Of a stretch of 64,000 nucleotides of DNA, positions 15,501 to 24,328 are shown one piece after another. Under the pieces are notes generated by a model. It did not search any database and was not told the origin of the DNA. It saw only the letters and a list, made by a program, of their open reading frames with translations. Every line of letters begins with the position of its first letter. Positions within the stretch are counted from its first letter, which is position 1. The DNA is from Nitrospinaceae bacterium. Lineage in GTDB: Bacteria > Nitrospinota > Nitrospinia > Nitrospinales > Nitrospinaceae. The stretch is taken from assembly GCA_965223665.1 (NCBI GenBank), contig OZ245011.1:960001-1024000 (forward strand), given 5' to 3'. Position numbers and translations under genes: made by a program.

Positions 15501-17506
15501 GCTAACTTACCATTCGTCGGATGAAACTGAATCGAATGACGTTTTCCAGGATGGGGAGATTTGTACTTCGCCATCGGATAAGTCGCCTCACGTTCTGATA
15601 ACGCTCGATTCTTATCCCAGGCATAATCCCATACCGTTCCGTCATAAGCCAATATTTGACCCTTTTCATCATCCGTATGACCAGGCTTGCCTTGCGGTGG
15701 CAACATCGATCTTACCCAATCCTTGATGTTCACCACTGGAATCTCCTGATCCCACTTGCTGGCTCCACTGTCTACAATTTTGAACTTCTTGCCGTACCAG
15801 TTCATCGTTTTACCCACTAACTTGTCTGAACTGATACCTTTAGGAATGTAGCCTTTTCGATCCGGTAACTCCTGCAACGGACGCATAACATCAGTACTGC
15901 CAAATGGATAGTTTCCATCCTGCAGAGTGTTGTACACACGCCAGTATCCCCACATACCCGCAACATAGTGATGCGCTACGTGACAATGGAACAGGAAGTC
16001 CCCTGCCAATTTCTGACACAATCCGGATCCACACTCTGTTTCCAGATCCAATACTTCAGCCGGACCAATTACTTCCACGTCTACACGGTCCGTAGTCGTT
16101 CGAACCACAGGATACTTCACAGGACCGTCATAGGCCGCTGTTATTAAATTCTCAATCCCTGGCTCACGTTTCGGTGAACGAGTCCAACGAATGGTTCCTC
16201 CATGCGGATGATGCGAATGGAACACTTCACCGCCACCATGAATTAACCGAAATTTAGCTGGATCGCCCATGTAAGAACGAGGAATGGTTGTGGGAACATC
16301 CGCAAACGTATAAGAACTGTATGCTAAAGATTCATCTTCATAGTGAAACATTTTTTCTTGAACTGCCAAATTGTTAATTCCAAAGGGTTCACTACGATAG
16401 TTCATCGCACGTGCTGAAGGACGATACGCATCGGTTTGTGGATCCCGTTGTGGAATCATTTCTCCGTGACGGTTCAAAGGACGAAAAGATTCATCCCCAA
16501 CTTCATGATAGAAAAGATTAAATTCACGGAAATCTTTAGCATCATCATTTGCGATCATGGCCATCCAGCCACTCGCAAGTGGTCCACCAGTCCATGGATC
16601 TAAATAATATGATCCTCGTGGTTCAACAATGAAGGCACCAATCAAACCTAATGCGGATGGATCACGACCTGCGTGACTCAAAATTAAATGCGCACCTTCT
16701 TGTTCATCAATCGGAATAAACCATTCAAAATTTTGTGTCTCACCAGATGGAACATTAGCTCCCTTAGAGGCAGCAGTATCAGGCAAACCTGAATCGCTAA
16801 TGATCATCGCAGAACCATTAACCTGGAATCCTGCGTCTTCATCCTCTAATTGGTTCGTAAATTTAATTCGAACACAATCCCCTTGATTGGCACGAATTAC
16901 CAATGGTTGAATCGTATCCCCCTGCAAACCCGTGGAAACTACGCCAGGATCCAGTTCGTCTTCCCGAGCCGCAGCATTGGCCTCTTCATCTTTACGAACC
17001 TGTTCAATGTCCTTTGTCAAAACATACATATAACCTGGGAAGTAATCTCCCCATTGGTTCAATGTGATTTCAACATTGATAGCTGAGATATCGTAAGTTT
17101 TGGTTGGAACTCCAGCCGGGCAATGACCACCCTTAAAAACCTTGTCAGAGGCTTCGGAAGGCCCTAACAAGTATCCCTGCTGTAGCTGATGCGCTGCCCA
17201 TGAATCGTGAAATCCACCTCCGGCTGAGGCAGGGCTGGCATGTTCTTTCAACTTTCCTTTCAAGCGGTCCATCAAAGAACGAAAGGTCTTATTCAATCGA
17301 TCCTGATCCCCTTGTTTTCCCTCCATCATCTCTTCGTAGTTGATTTGATTTTCCAACTTCTCCAACCACGCTGGACGATCTGCTGCCGACCCATGCTTAT
17401 GCATACTCGATGCCGCATACGCCGGAATTACTCCTAACCCAAAGGTTAGTACTAGAGCAATAAATTGCCCCATCCATTTTTTGTTACCAGCCATTTGAAC
17501 CTCCAT
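12593..17506 (-). CDS. Giant six-domain multicopper oxidase (MnxG-like), copy 2
   Basis: Same copper motifs as copy 1; different signal peptide; likely start ATG at 17494 (GGAGG RBS 5 nt upstream). Confidence 0.88.
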   Translation of the reverse strand: MEVQMAGNKKWMGQFIALVLTFGLGVIPAYAASSMHKHGSAADRPAWLEKLENQINYEEMMEGKQGDQDRLNKTFRSLMDRLKGKLKEHASPASAGGGFHDSWAAHQLQQGYLLGPSEASDKVFKGGHCPAGVPTKTYDISAINVEITLNQWGDYFPGYMYVLTKDIEQVRKDEEANAAAREDELDPGVVSTGLQGDTIQPLVIRANQGDCVRIKFTNQLEDEDAGFQVNGSAMIISDSGLPDTAASKGANVPSGETQNFEWFIPIDEQEGAHLILSHAGRDPSALGLIGAFIVEPRGSYYLDPWTGGPLASGWMAMIANDDAKDFREFNLFYHEVGDESFRPLNRHGEMIPQRDPQTDAYRPSARAMNYRSEPFGINNLAVQEKMFHYEDESLAYSSYTFADVPTTIPRSYMGDPAKFRLIHGGGEVFHSHHPHGGTIRWTRSPKREPGIENLITAAYDGPVKYPVVRTTTDRVDVEVIGPAEVLDLETECGSGLCQKLAGDFLFHCHVAHHYVAGMWGYWRVYNTLQDGNYPFGSTDVMRPLQELPDRKGYIPKGISSDKLVGKTMNWYGKKFKIVDSGASKWDQEIPVVNIKDWVRSMLPPQGKPGHTDDEKGQILAYDGTVWDYAWDKNRALSEREATYPMAKYKSPHPGKRHSIQFHPTNGKLAWPHMTPHFGKRVPFARHHGGAPWLEPFHYLSDNKIITSTESGSGRSDATMENSSPAKPGEQGRWSLCPPGAGRKQYNLHFINTPIELQGGYKGSPPIIDKYGLIYVIDEEMAAVKADPKKAYPLVIRANVYDCVDVLLSSEWNDDDFTNFQMSKVNIHPHFFQFDNQASDGVISGFSYDQSMRSYKQFTKKEKNGHHVGMPVPMNAHLLKDTKPGDKTIEIEMAHHANPFHVGADIIVGIEVPNGKDARWIGKMEPDPNKNPAKDGKYKITFTEGMTHAHKAGQIVTAEYVRYRWWVDADVGLVFWHDHAFGATTWPHGGIGSTIVEPWGSTYHDPKTGKPIRSGPVADIHGTEPIAYGRNGSFREIVVQLHDTVPHTAQLVTQGNPPGLSRENAIAAGQSISFQMPKDMLEVAFPYLNGGTHTTGGGFNFRAASLATRLKANADASQLFSSKAHRDPDTPLVRAYLGDTVVFRLLHGMMNETHTFVLSGHGYRPERYDRDSRVTNAIHIGIAERYDMATTAGGYQQMAGDYLFYDGRTSHLSEGSWGILRVYDKAQKDLKPLEGTRGILPNKKEVCPKGAPTKNFSVVAINKALKFNPNAEDIIEVDFERKLLLANPEGKVFVLEDEVKKAADDGAMPHPLTLRANIGDCVKVKLTNRLKKGKTSLHVNNMAFNPLDSQGINVGNNPGDQTVAPGKSKTYTFYAHPDYNINAGLIWDFGDLVTNVRDGLYGGIIIGPRGSVYRDPETGKDISLGNSWKADVIIDKSYPENAHIDNYRDFALYFQDEDNIIGTSFMPYLQNVAGLTGVNYRLEPWTYREDEGCELGNIFTPCVAADNEPATPTLKAHAGDKVMINVFGVHNEQNQMFNLDGHQWRRHLNQEGSDMIDVEEFGGGEYIQAFLLKGAGGTYHVPGTYLWLNARTPYQQAGQWGYLKVLPQGDRSILPLGGATPDGLKSASRADDNRLSMK
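12601..17386. repeat. Long direct repeat unit B; partner at ~4995-9780
   Basis: Colinear with unit A at constant offset 7606. Confidence 0.9.
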
Positions 17507-17617
17507 AGATTTTTTGGCTAAAAAAAAAATTGGGCTGTAAACAAAAACTCCAAAACACTAAAAGTTTTCGTCTACAATTAAATATGATTAATTCATAACT
17601 GAACTAAATCCTTATAA

Positions 17618-18985
17618 TTATTTATTCGGTGCCAGACTTAATAAAAGGGACTCCTCTCCCCGTTCTATTCTGACGTTAAGATTCTCCTGATTTAATTGGG
17701 TCAATATTTCATCGACTTCATTTTTTTTCGATATTTTCTTGCCATTTATATATTTGATAATATCCCCTTCTTTTAATCCCCCTCTTTCGGCGGAACTTTC
17801 AGGAAATACTTGAACAACAATCACACCAATTGTTTCTTGAGTTTTAAATTTTTCAACCAAACCCGGATCTATATTAGCTAACTGGGCTCCCAGAGAAGTA
17901 ACAGCGTTTCTTTGAATAGCTGCAATTTGGTTTTTTGGATTTTCTTTCTTTCCCAATTTGACCGAAACGGTTTTTATTTCACCTTTTCTTAAAATATCAA
18001 TTTGAACGGATTGCCCCGGGGAAATATTTCCAATCAGCTTAATCATGGAGCCTGGGGAGTTTACCTTAATCCCACCGATTTTTAAAATGATATCTCCAAT
18101 TTTAATCCCAGCATTTGAAGCAGGTTGATCCTTAAATACTGAATTGACTAATACACCTTCTTTCGAATCTATATTATCCCTTTTGGCAATATTTTCAGGA
18201 ATAAAGTCGATCCCAACCCCCAACCAACCCCTTTGCACTTCTCCGGTTTCAATTATCTGGTTTGAAACGTTTCTTACAACATTTGAAGGAATCGAAAACC
18301 CAATACTTTGGGCATAATGAATAATGGCGGTATTTATCCCAATAATTTCGCCTCGAATATTTAAAAGGGGTCCGCCACTGTTTCCCGGGTTAATGGATGC
18401 ATCAGTTTGAATAAAATCTTCATACCTTGAAATATTAATATTTTCCCTGTTCAAACCACTTATTACACCCATACTTAAAGTATCGTGAAGTCCATAGGGA
18501 TTTCCTATTGCAACAACCAACTGTCCTACTTTCAATTTTGAAGAATCGCCCAACTTTACCTGGGGTAATGGATCTTCTGAATCAACCTTTATAACAGCTA
18601 AATCTGTCTCTTCATCGCTACCTAAAACACGGCCAATCAATTCTTTTCCCTTATATAAAGTTACGAGAATCTTTTCAGCCTTTTTTACAACGTGACTGTT
18701 GGTAACGATATAACCATTACGCCCATCAATAATAACCCCGGCACCCGCATTTGTTGAACGGCCCTTAGGGGTCTCTCCCTGCTTAAGAATTGACGGGGAA
18801 GGTGGAACATAGGGTGAAATATTAACTACAGCTGGTAACGTATGCTCAGCAAGACCCACCAATCCGATTTCTATTTCTTCTAAAATCTTTAGCCCGTTTG
18901 CCGAGTGTTCCGCAAAAGAACGAGAGGACAACATGGACAGGACCAGGACCCCAAGAAATGCAAAAAGAAATTTTCGGCAACTCAT
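17618..18985 (-). CDS. degP: DegP/DegQ (HtrA) periplasmic serine protease with two PDZ domains
   Basis: TNSHV, TDLAV and INPGNSGGPL catalytic motifs; two PDZ domains; signal peptide. Confidence 0.9.
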   Translation of the reverse strand: MSCRKFLFAFLGVLVLSMLSSRSFAEHSANGLKILEEIEIGLVGLAEHTLPAVVNISPYVPPSPSILKQGETPKGRSTNAGAGVIIDGRNGYIVTNSHVVKKAEKILVTLYKGKELIGRVLGSDEETDLAVIKVDSEDPLPQVKLGDSSKLKVGQLVVAIGNPYGLHDTLSMGVISGLNRENINISRYEDFIQTDASINPGNSGGPLLNIRGEIIGINTAIIHYAQSIGFSIPSNVVRNVSNQIIETGEVQRGWLGVGIDFIPENIAKRDNIDSKEGVLVNSVFKDQPASNAGIKIGDIILKIGGIKVNSPGSMIKLIGNISPGQSVQIDILRKGEIKTVSVKLGKKENPKNQIAAIQRNAVTSLGAQLANIDPGLVEKFKTQETIGVIVVQVFPESSAERGGLKEGDIIKYINGKKISKKNEVDEILTQLNQENLNVRIERGEESLLLSLAPNK

Positions 18986-19394
18986 GTGCTATTTTTTACC
19001 TTATAATTTCAAGCTGTGAGGCTATTCTATTCCTTACAACTTTAAGAAGCAAAAGCAAATTTTACCGATTTAAGTTAAATCTGTTTCAGGACAATAATTA
19101 CAGACTTAAGGCCCATTAAAAACCCAAAAAATATTTATAGTTTCCTGATAATAAAACAACCTGTTTAGTCGCTATTTAATTTTAAGACCAAATAAACCAA
19201 TAAGTTAATTTAAGGAATTTAACCCTAAGCGACCAGAAAACTTGACTTTTCTCGGTTTTAAAAGCCCCTTTATATATAAAGTTTTTAAAATTATGTCAAG
19301 GGAAAAATCGGACTTGAAAACCCTCTTAATCCTTGATAAACAAGCAGTATGCTGCCTCAATCCTCTTTAAGCAATCTACTTTATTAGGTTAATT

Positions 19395-20096
19395 ATGGAT
19401 TTAAATATAAATTGGGAGAAATTTGAAGGTCAGACGGCTTCAGAAATAATGGAATGGTCGTTGATCCAATTTAAAAATAAAATTGGAATTGCTTCAAGCT
19501 TTGGACTTGAGGACATGGTTTTAATTGATATGGCCTCTAAAATCAGTAAAGATTTCATTGTGTTTACTTTAGATACAGGTCGACTCCATGAAGAAACGTA
19601 CCAAATTATGGAGCGCACCCGGTCAAAATATGGAATAAATCTTCAAACTTATTTTCCAAAAAGGGAAGCTGTCGAAAAATTAACCAGAGAAAAGGGATTT
19701 TATTCATTTAAAGAAAGTATCGAAAATAGAAAAGAATGCTGTTTTATTAGAAAAGTGGAACCTTTGGGCCGAGCTTTAACCGGCTTAGAAGCTTGGATCA
19801 CCGGTTTAAGAAGAGAACAAAGCGTAACAAGAATAGATGCCACCAAAGTTGGAGAAGACAAAGATCACCCTCCGTTAATCAAAATTAACCCTCTGGCGGA
19901 TTGGACCGAAACCCAAGTTAAAACCTATCTTGAAAAAAACAATGTGCCCATTAATGCACTCCACGCAAAAAACTATCCTAGTATTGGTTGTGCCCCTTGT
20001 ACCCGTCCCATTTTGGAAGGGGAAGATATTAGGGCTGGGAGATGGTGGTGGGAAAACCCGGAAAATAAAGAATGTGGATTACATCGTCCCCGATAG
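19395..20096 (+). CDS. cysH: Adenylylsulfate (APS)/PAPS reductase, 4Fe-4S type
   Basis: LDTG, ECCxxRKVEPL, SIGCAPCT, RAGRW and C-terminal ECGLH. Confidence 0.92.
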   Translation: MDLNINWEKFEGQTASEIMEWSLIQFKNKIGIASSFGLEDMVLIDMASKISKDFIVFTLDTGRLHEETYQIMERTRSKYGINLQTYFPKREAVEKLTREKGFYSFKESIENRKECCFIRKVEPLGRALTGLEAWITGLRREQSVTRIDATKVGEDKDHPPLIKINPLADWTETQVKTYLEKNNVPINALHAKNYPSIGCAPCTRPILEGEDIRAGRWWWENPENKECGLHRPR

Positions 20097-20135
20097 ATCA
20101 ATCAACTACCATAATTGGAATAATAATTTTAAAGG

Positions 20136-20852
20136 TTATTTACCTTTTAAAACTGGAGTTGGTGAAACGATTTCAGAAAACTTTTGATTTTGCCTCAAAA
20201 TATGGATCAACGTTGGAACCAATAACAATGCAATTTGCCAGGCCTTTTTTATTCCTTTCCACCCACTCTCATTTTTTTCTTTCTCTAGTTTATCCAACAT
20301 AAACCTTTCAACCTCCAGACAAATATGCGGAATTAATTGAAATGACCAAACCCCTAAATTTAAAATTGCTTCTGTTTTTGCCCTTCCCCCAGGATTTTTA
20401 ATAAAATTTAATTTTTTAATGGATTGAAAAATTTGTTTGGGCTGAGTGGTCTTAATAAAAAGGGTAGACATAAAAAACATATCCACAATTAAAAGAGAAG
20501 ATCGAAAAGCTTCTTTAAAACCCTCCTCGGAAATTTCAAAGGGGATAAAATCTAATGTCTGGATTGGCAGCCCTGGAGTAAAAAATAAGGAACATATAAA
20601 AATAATTGCCAGGAACCAACGGATTGAATACAAAAGTTGTCCAAAAATTTTAAAACTCAAACTGGCAATCCAGCAACCCCACAAACAAATACCAGCCAAA
20701 CAAATTAATAGGATAATACTTCCATTTGAGACACAAATAAAAAACAAAAAAATAAAAAACCATTTTTGGCTTACGGGTAATTGATGCAATAAAGATTGTC
20801 CCGATTGATAGCCGTGGTCAAAAATGGTTCGAGTTAAAAAAATATTTTTCAT
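20136..20852 (-). CDS. EcfT/CbiQ-like transmembrane protein (degenerate)
   Basis: 'GQSLLHQLPVSQK' N-terminal motif, several TM helices, 'TTQP', 'LLVP'; canonical ARG motifs missing. Confidence 0.65.
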   Translation of the reverse strand: MKNIFLTRTIFDHGYQSGQSLLHQLPVSQKWFFIFLFFICVSNGSIILLICLAGICLWGCWIASLSFKIFGQLLYSIRWFLAIIFICSLFFTPGLPIQTLDFIPFEISEEGFKEAFRSSLLIVDMFFMSTLFIKTTQPKQIFQSIKKLNFIKNPGGRAKTEAILNLGVWSFQLIPHICLEVERFMLDKLEKEKNESGWKGIKKAWQIALLLVPTLIHILRQNQKFSEIVSPTPVLKGK

Positions 20853-20891
20853 TACAAAGAAAAGAATTTAATTCAATAAAATCCCAAAAGC

Positions 20892-21563
20892 ATGTATTTT
20901 GTTTTCATGCAAACTAATTCTGATCCTCTTATATTAGAAAAAGTAAAGAATTTTTCAAAATCCTTTTTTAAGGACGACCCCACAGGCCATGATTGGTGGC
21001 ATGTCCATAGGGTATGGAAAACCGCTTGCATAATTTGCGATGCTGAAGGCGCAAACCGAATTACCGTAGAAATTGCAGCCCTTCTCCACGATGTCTCTGA
21101 CTGGAAACTTTCTAATGAAAGTGAGGAAAAAGGTTTAATCAAAATCCATCAACTCTTGAAGGAAGATCTCCCCAAAAAGCACATTGAAAATATATGCGAT
21201 ATCATCTCAAAAGTTTCTTTTAGGGGAGCCAAAGTTCCCACACCCATGGAATCGTTGGAGGGAAAAATAGTTCAGGATTCAGATCGATTGGATGCCATGG
21301 GAGCAGTAGGAATAGCTAGAGCTTTTGCATATGGCGGAAACAAAGGCAGATCCATTTGGGATCCTAATCTACCGCCAGTTTTGCATGAAAACTTTGAAGA
21401 TTATAAAAAAAACAAAGGTCCCAGCATCAACCATTTTTATGAAAAACTGTTGTTGCTGAAAGACCGAATGAATACTGAGACTGGAAAAAAATTGGCAGAA
21501 AAACGGCATCAATTTATGAAAAGTTATTTAGACCAATTTTTTTCAGAATGTGAAGGATCTTAG
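20892..21563 (+). CDS. HD-domain phosphohydrolase (YedJ/YpgQ-like)
   Basis: GHDWWHVHRV, ALLHD, VQDSDRLDAMGAVGIAR, HFYEKLL. Confidence 0.88.
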   Translation: MYFVFMQTNSDPLILEKVKNFSKSFFKDDPTGHDWWHVHRVWKTACIICDAEGANRITVEIAALLHDVSDWKLSNESEEKGLIKIHQLLKEDLPKKHIENICDIISKVSFRGAKVPTPMESLEGKIVQDSDRLDAMGAVGIARAFAYGGNKGRSIWDPNLPPVLHENFEDYKKNKGPSINHFYEKLLLLKDRMNTETGKKLAEKRHQFMKSYLDQFFSECEGS

Positions 21564-22377
21564 AATGTTAGAAGCAAGCGCAAAATTAATTAAAAATGCA
21601 AAACGGGTTCTAATTCTTACCAGTGCTGGTATGAGTGCAGATTCCAATATTCCCACATTTCGTGATAAAGATGGTTATTGGCGAAACTTTCCCCCTTTTA
21701 AGAAAAAAAATTTAGAAGCCCAAGATTTGGCAAGTCCTTGGGCTTTTCGAAATGAATTAGCTCATGCATGGGCTTTTTATGAATGGAGAAGGCGTAATGC
21801 CAATGAAAACAAACCTCATGAAGGTTATCACATTTTGAATCGCTGGATGGATGAACTATTTGAAGATTCCTTTATCCACACAACGAATACAGATGGGTAT
21901 CATATCCGATCTGGCTGTCCCGAAGCTAAAGTAATGGAAGTCCATGGCTCCATGTGGAGACTCCAGTGTTTAGATACATGTTCAGAAGAATTTTGGAAGG
22001 ATGATTCTGTACCCTTGTGCAATTTAAACATCGAAACCATGGAAGCCTCGGATTTTCCCCCTTGCAAAAATTGTCAAGAAATTGCTCGACCTCACATTCT
22101 AATGTTTGGAGATTTTGAATATACCGGTCACCCGGAACAAGATAAAAACTTTGCCAACTTTGTGAAAAGTCCTGTCGATTTGATTTTATTAATTGGAAGT
22201 TCCGGAGCAGTACCTACTAATGATTACATCGCCCTTCAATTCAAACAAAGTGGGATCCCGGTCATTAATATAAACTTAGACCCTAGAGCTAATGGGATTG
22301 TTAACACAGAATATCTAATCACAATGAAAGGGTTAGAAGCATTTCAAAAACTAGATGCAGAAATCAAAAGTATCTAG
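21550..22377 (+). CDS. Sir2-family NAD-dependent deacylase
   Basis: TSAGMSADSNIPTFR, TNTDG, EVHGS, two CxxC-type Zn sites, RPHILMFG, IGSS. Confidence 0.85.
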   Translation: MKDLRMLEASAKLIKNAKRVLILTSAGMSADSNIPTFRDKDGYWRNFPPFKKKNLEAQDLASPWAFRNELAHAWAFYEWRRRNANENKPHEGYHILNRWMDELFEDSFIHTTNTDGYHIRSGCPEAKVMEVHGSMWRLQCLDTCSEEFWKDDSVPLCNLNIETMEASDFPPCKNCQEIARPHILMFGDFEYTGHPEQDKNFANFVKSPVDLILLIGSSGAVPTNDYIALQFKQSGIPVININLDPRANGIVNTEYLITMKGLEAFQKLDAEIKSI

Positions 22378-23357
22378 CGCACCAAAACTATTTTTCCAAA
22401 ATATCCATGCTTTTCCATTTCCTGGTGAGCATTTTGTACGTCCTCAAATGCAAATGTTTTTGCCACAGGAATGTGAGTTTCATCCACTATAGGCATTAAG
22501 TCCTTCCAGACTCTTTGCAAATCACTGGGCTTCTGCAAACTATGAAGCACAACATATCCTTTAATTGAATTTTGATTAAATAAAAAAGAAGATGGAACGG
22601 TAAATTTATCATCCGAAAGAAAACCATAACAAAGATAGGTACCTTGGGAATTCAGGAGTGAAATCAGTTCGGTAGCGGTTTTTCCACTTATGGGGTCAAA
22701 AATATAATCTATTCCTTTACCTCTAGTCTTTTTATTTATTTCATCTTTTAACTTATTCGAGTCTTCTGCAACAACCGCATCAACTCCTAAACCTGAAATA
22801 TAAGGTCTCATATTTTCTGATCGGGTGGTAGAAATAACCCGGAGACCTTTAATTTTCCCTAATTGACTAGCCGCAATTCCAACTGCACCTGTGGAGGCCG
22901 TAACAACCAAAATGCCGGACTCAGGTAACGGGGCACAATTAATCAAAGCATCATATGCCGTCAACCAAGCCACAGGTAATGCGGCTGCATCGGAAAATCG
23001 TAATTGACTGGGAATAGGTAATACTTTATTTTCACTGACAACTATTTTTTCGGAATAAGTCCCCTGAGAAGGAACACTATAAGCATCAAAATCCAAAACA
23101 GATACTCGTTCTCCCGGACAAATATTTTTAACTTCAGGCCCAACTTCCTCTACAATTCCAGCACCTTCAGCGCCTAACACAAATCCTTCACCAAACTCTA
23201 ACGGCCAATCCCCTTTCCGGATCATTATTTCAGACCAATTCAATCCAATAGATTTAAGATCAATAAGAACTTCATCAAACTTTGGTGAGGGGTCAGGACA
23301 TTCAATGAATTCCAATACCTCAGGATTTCCAGTACTTTTAATAACAATTTTTTGCAT
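22374..23357 (-). CDS. MDR-family NADPH:quinone oxidoreductase-like protein
   Basis: GroES-like 'GLN...G.E.AG', 'AAALP', 'TASTGAVG', C-terminal 'GKIVL'. Confidence 0.85.
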   Translation of the reverse strand: MQKIVIKSTGNPEVLEFIECPDPSPKFDEVLIDLKSIGLNWSEIMIRKGDWPLEFGEGFVLGAEGAGIVEEVGPEVKNICPGERVSVLDFDAYSVPSQGTYSEKIVVSENKVLPIPSQLRFSDAAALPVAWLTAYDALINCAPLPESGILVVTASTGAVGIAASQLGKIKGLRVISTTRSENMRPYISGLGVDAVVAEDSNKLKDEINKKTRGKGIDYIFDPISGKTATELISLLNSQGTYLCYGFLSDDKFTVPSSFLFNQNSIKGYVVLHSLQKPSDLQRVWKDLMPIVDETHIPVAKTFAFEDVQNAHQEMEKHGYFGKIVLVR

Positions 23358-23509
23358 AATCGTCCTCCTTAAACTTTAACAGGAGCAATTAACTAAAAAA
23401 ACTTTACTCTTTCCAGAGCAAGTTAAAATATAGTATTCTTGGGCCTAAAACAATTTGTAATTCACTCAAGTCAATCATTAATGCGCTTTCCCCAAGAAGG
23501 AGAAAAAAA

Positions 23510-24148
23510 ATGCGCTTTTTATTTTTATCCATATTTTTCTTTTTCGGTTGGACCACCCAGGTACTTGCAGTTTGTTCAAAAGACGATGTTTGTAAAATGT
23601 TAAATAAGAAAATGGGGCACTTTGACATTTTAAATCAGTGCCCAAACGCTGGTCCACTTTTGAAAGAGTGCAGAAAAGTATCTAAAAATAAACTTAAAAG
23701 TTTATTACCACCTCAATTTGTCGCAAACGATAATGGGACCATAACGGATACTTCCAATAAATTAATGTGGATTAAAACGGGAATATTAAAGAAACACTCT
23801 CTTAAAACCGCAAAACAATTTGCCGAAGGTTACAGTTTGGATGAAATTGTAGGTTGGAGAGTACCCACTCTCCCTGAATTAAAAACTCTCCTTTATTCAA
23901 AGCGTGTAAAAAACTCAAGCGGCCAAAAGTCCTGGATTCATCCTTTATTTGATGACGGACGTGGTCATTATTATTGGTCATCCACTACTTGTGAAGAGGT
24001 TTCAGAAATAGAGGACCGTTACCAAAAAAAAATATGCCAGCAAGGTCCAGGTGGTGCTTGGTTAATTCACTTTAATTTGGGGGCAATTTTTTGGCATTAC
24101 GTAGACAATGAGCATTATTTTGTCTGGCTAGTCCGGAATTTAGAATAA
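23510..24148 (+). CDS. Secreted DUF1566 (Lcl C-terminal) domain protein
   Basis: 'NDNGTITDTSNKLMW', 'WRVPTLPELKTL', 'YWSST', 'VWLVR'; signal peptide. Confidence 0.8.
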   Translation: MRFLFLSIFFFFGWTTQVLAVCSKDDVCKMLNKKMGHFDILNQCPNAGPLLKECRKVSKNKLKSLLPPQFVANDNGTITDTSNKLMWIKTGILKKHSLKTAKQFAEGYSLDEIVGWRVPTLPELKTLLYSKRVKNSSGQKSWIHPLFDDGRGHYYWSSTTCEEVSEIEDRYQKKICQQGPGGAWLIHFNLGAIFWHYVDNEHYFVWLVRNLE

Positions 24149-24328
24149 CCCACTGTTTTCAATTTAATTTTCCTGTTTTAATAATTCCCTCATTCCAAAA
24201 CGGATTTTTAATTATTAATCAATTTGAATCCCTTCCCCTTCCCTACCATCTAAAATTTTATATTGTTCTTTCTTAAGTTTATTCATGTGAACATCTCTTT
24301 AACAACCCAATGGGTGTAGGAGGAAACC

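Noticed and set aside
4984-17506. MCO duplication as a composite transposon or IS-mediated event
   Set aside because: No transposase, terminal inverted repeats or target-site duplications; similarity is confined to coding sequence.
21550-22377. Sir2 as part of an anti-phage defence system (Thoeris/DSR type)
   Set aside because: It has the Zn-binding CobB-like architecture and housekeeping neighbours; no TIR, Argonaute or HerA partner.
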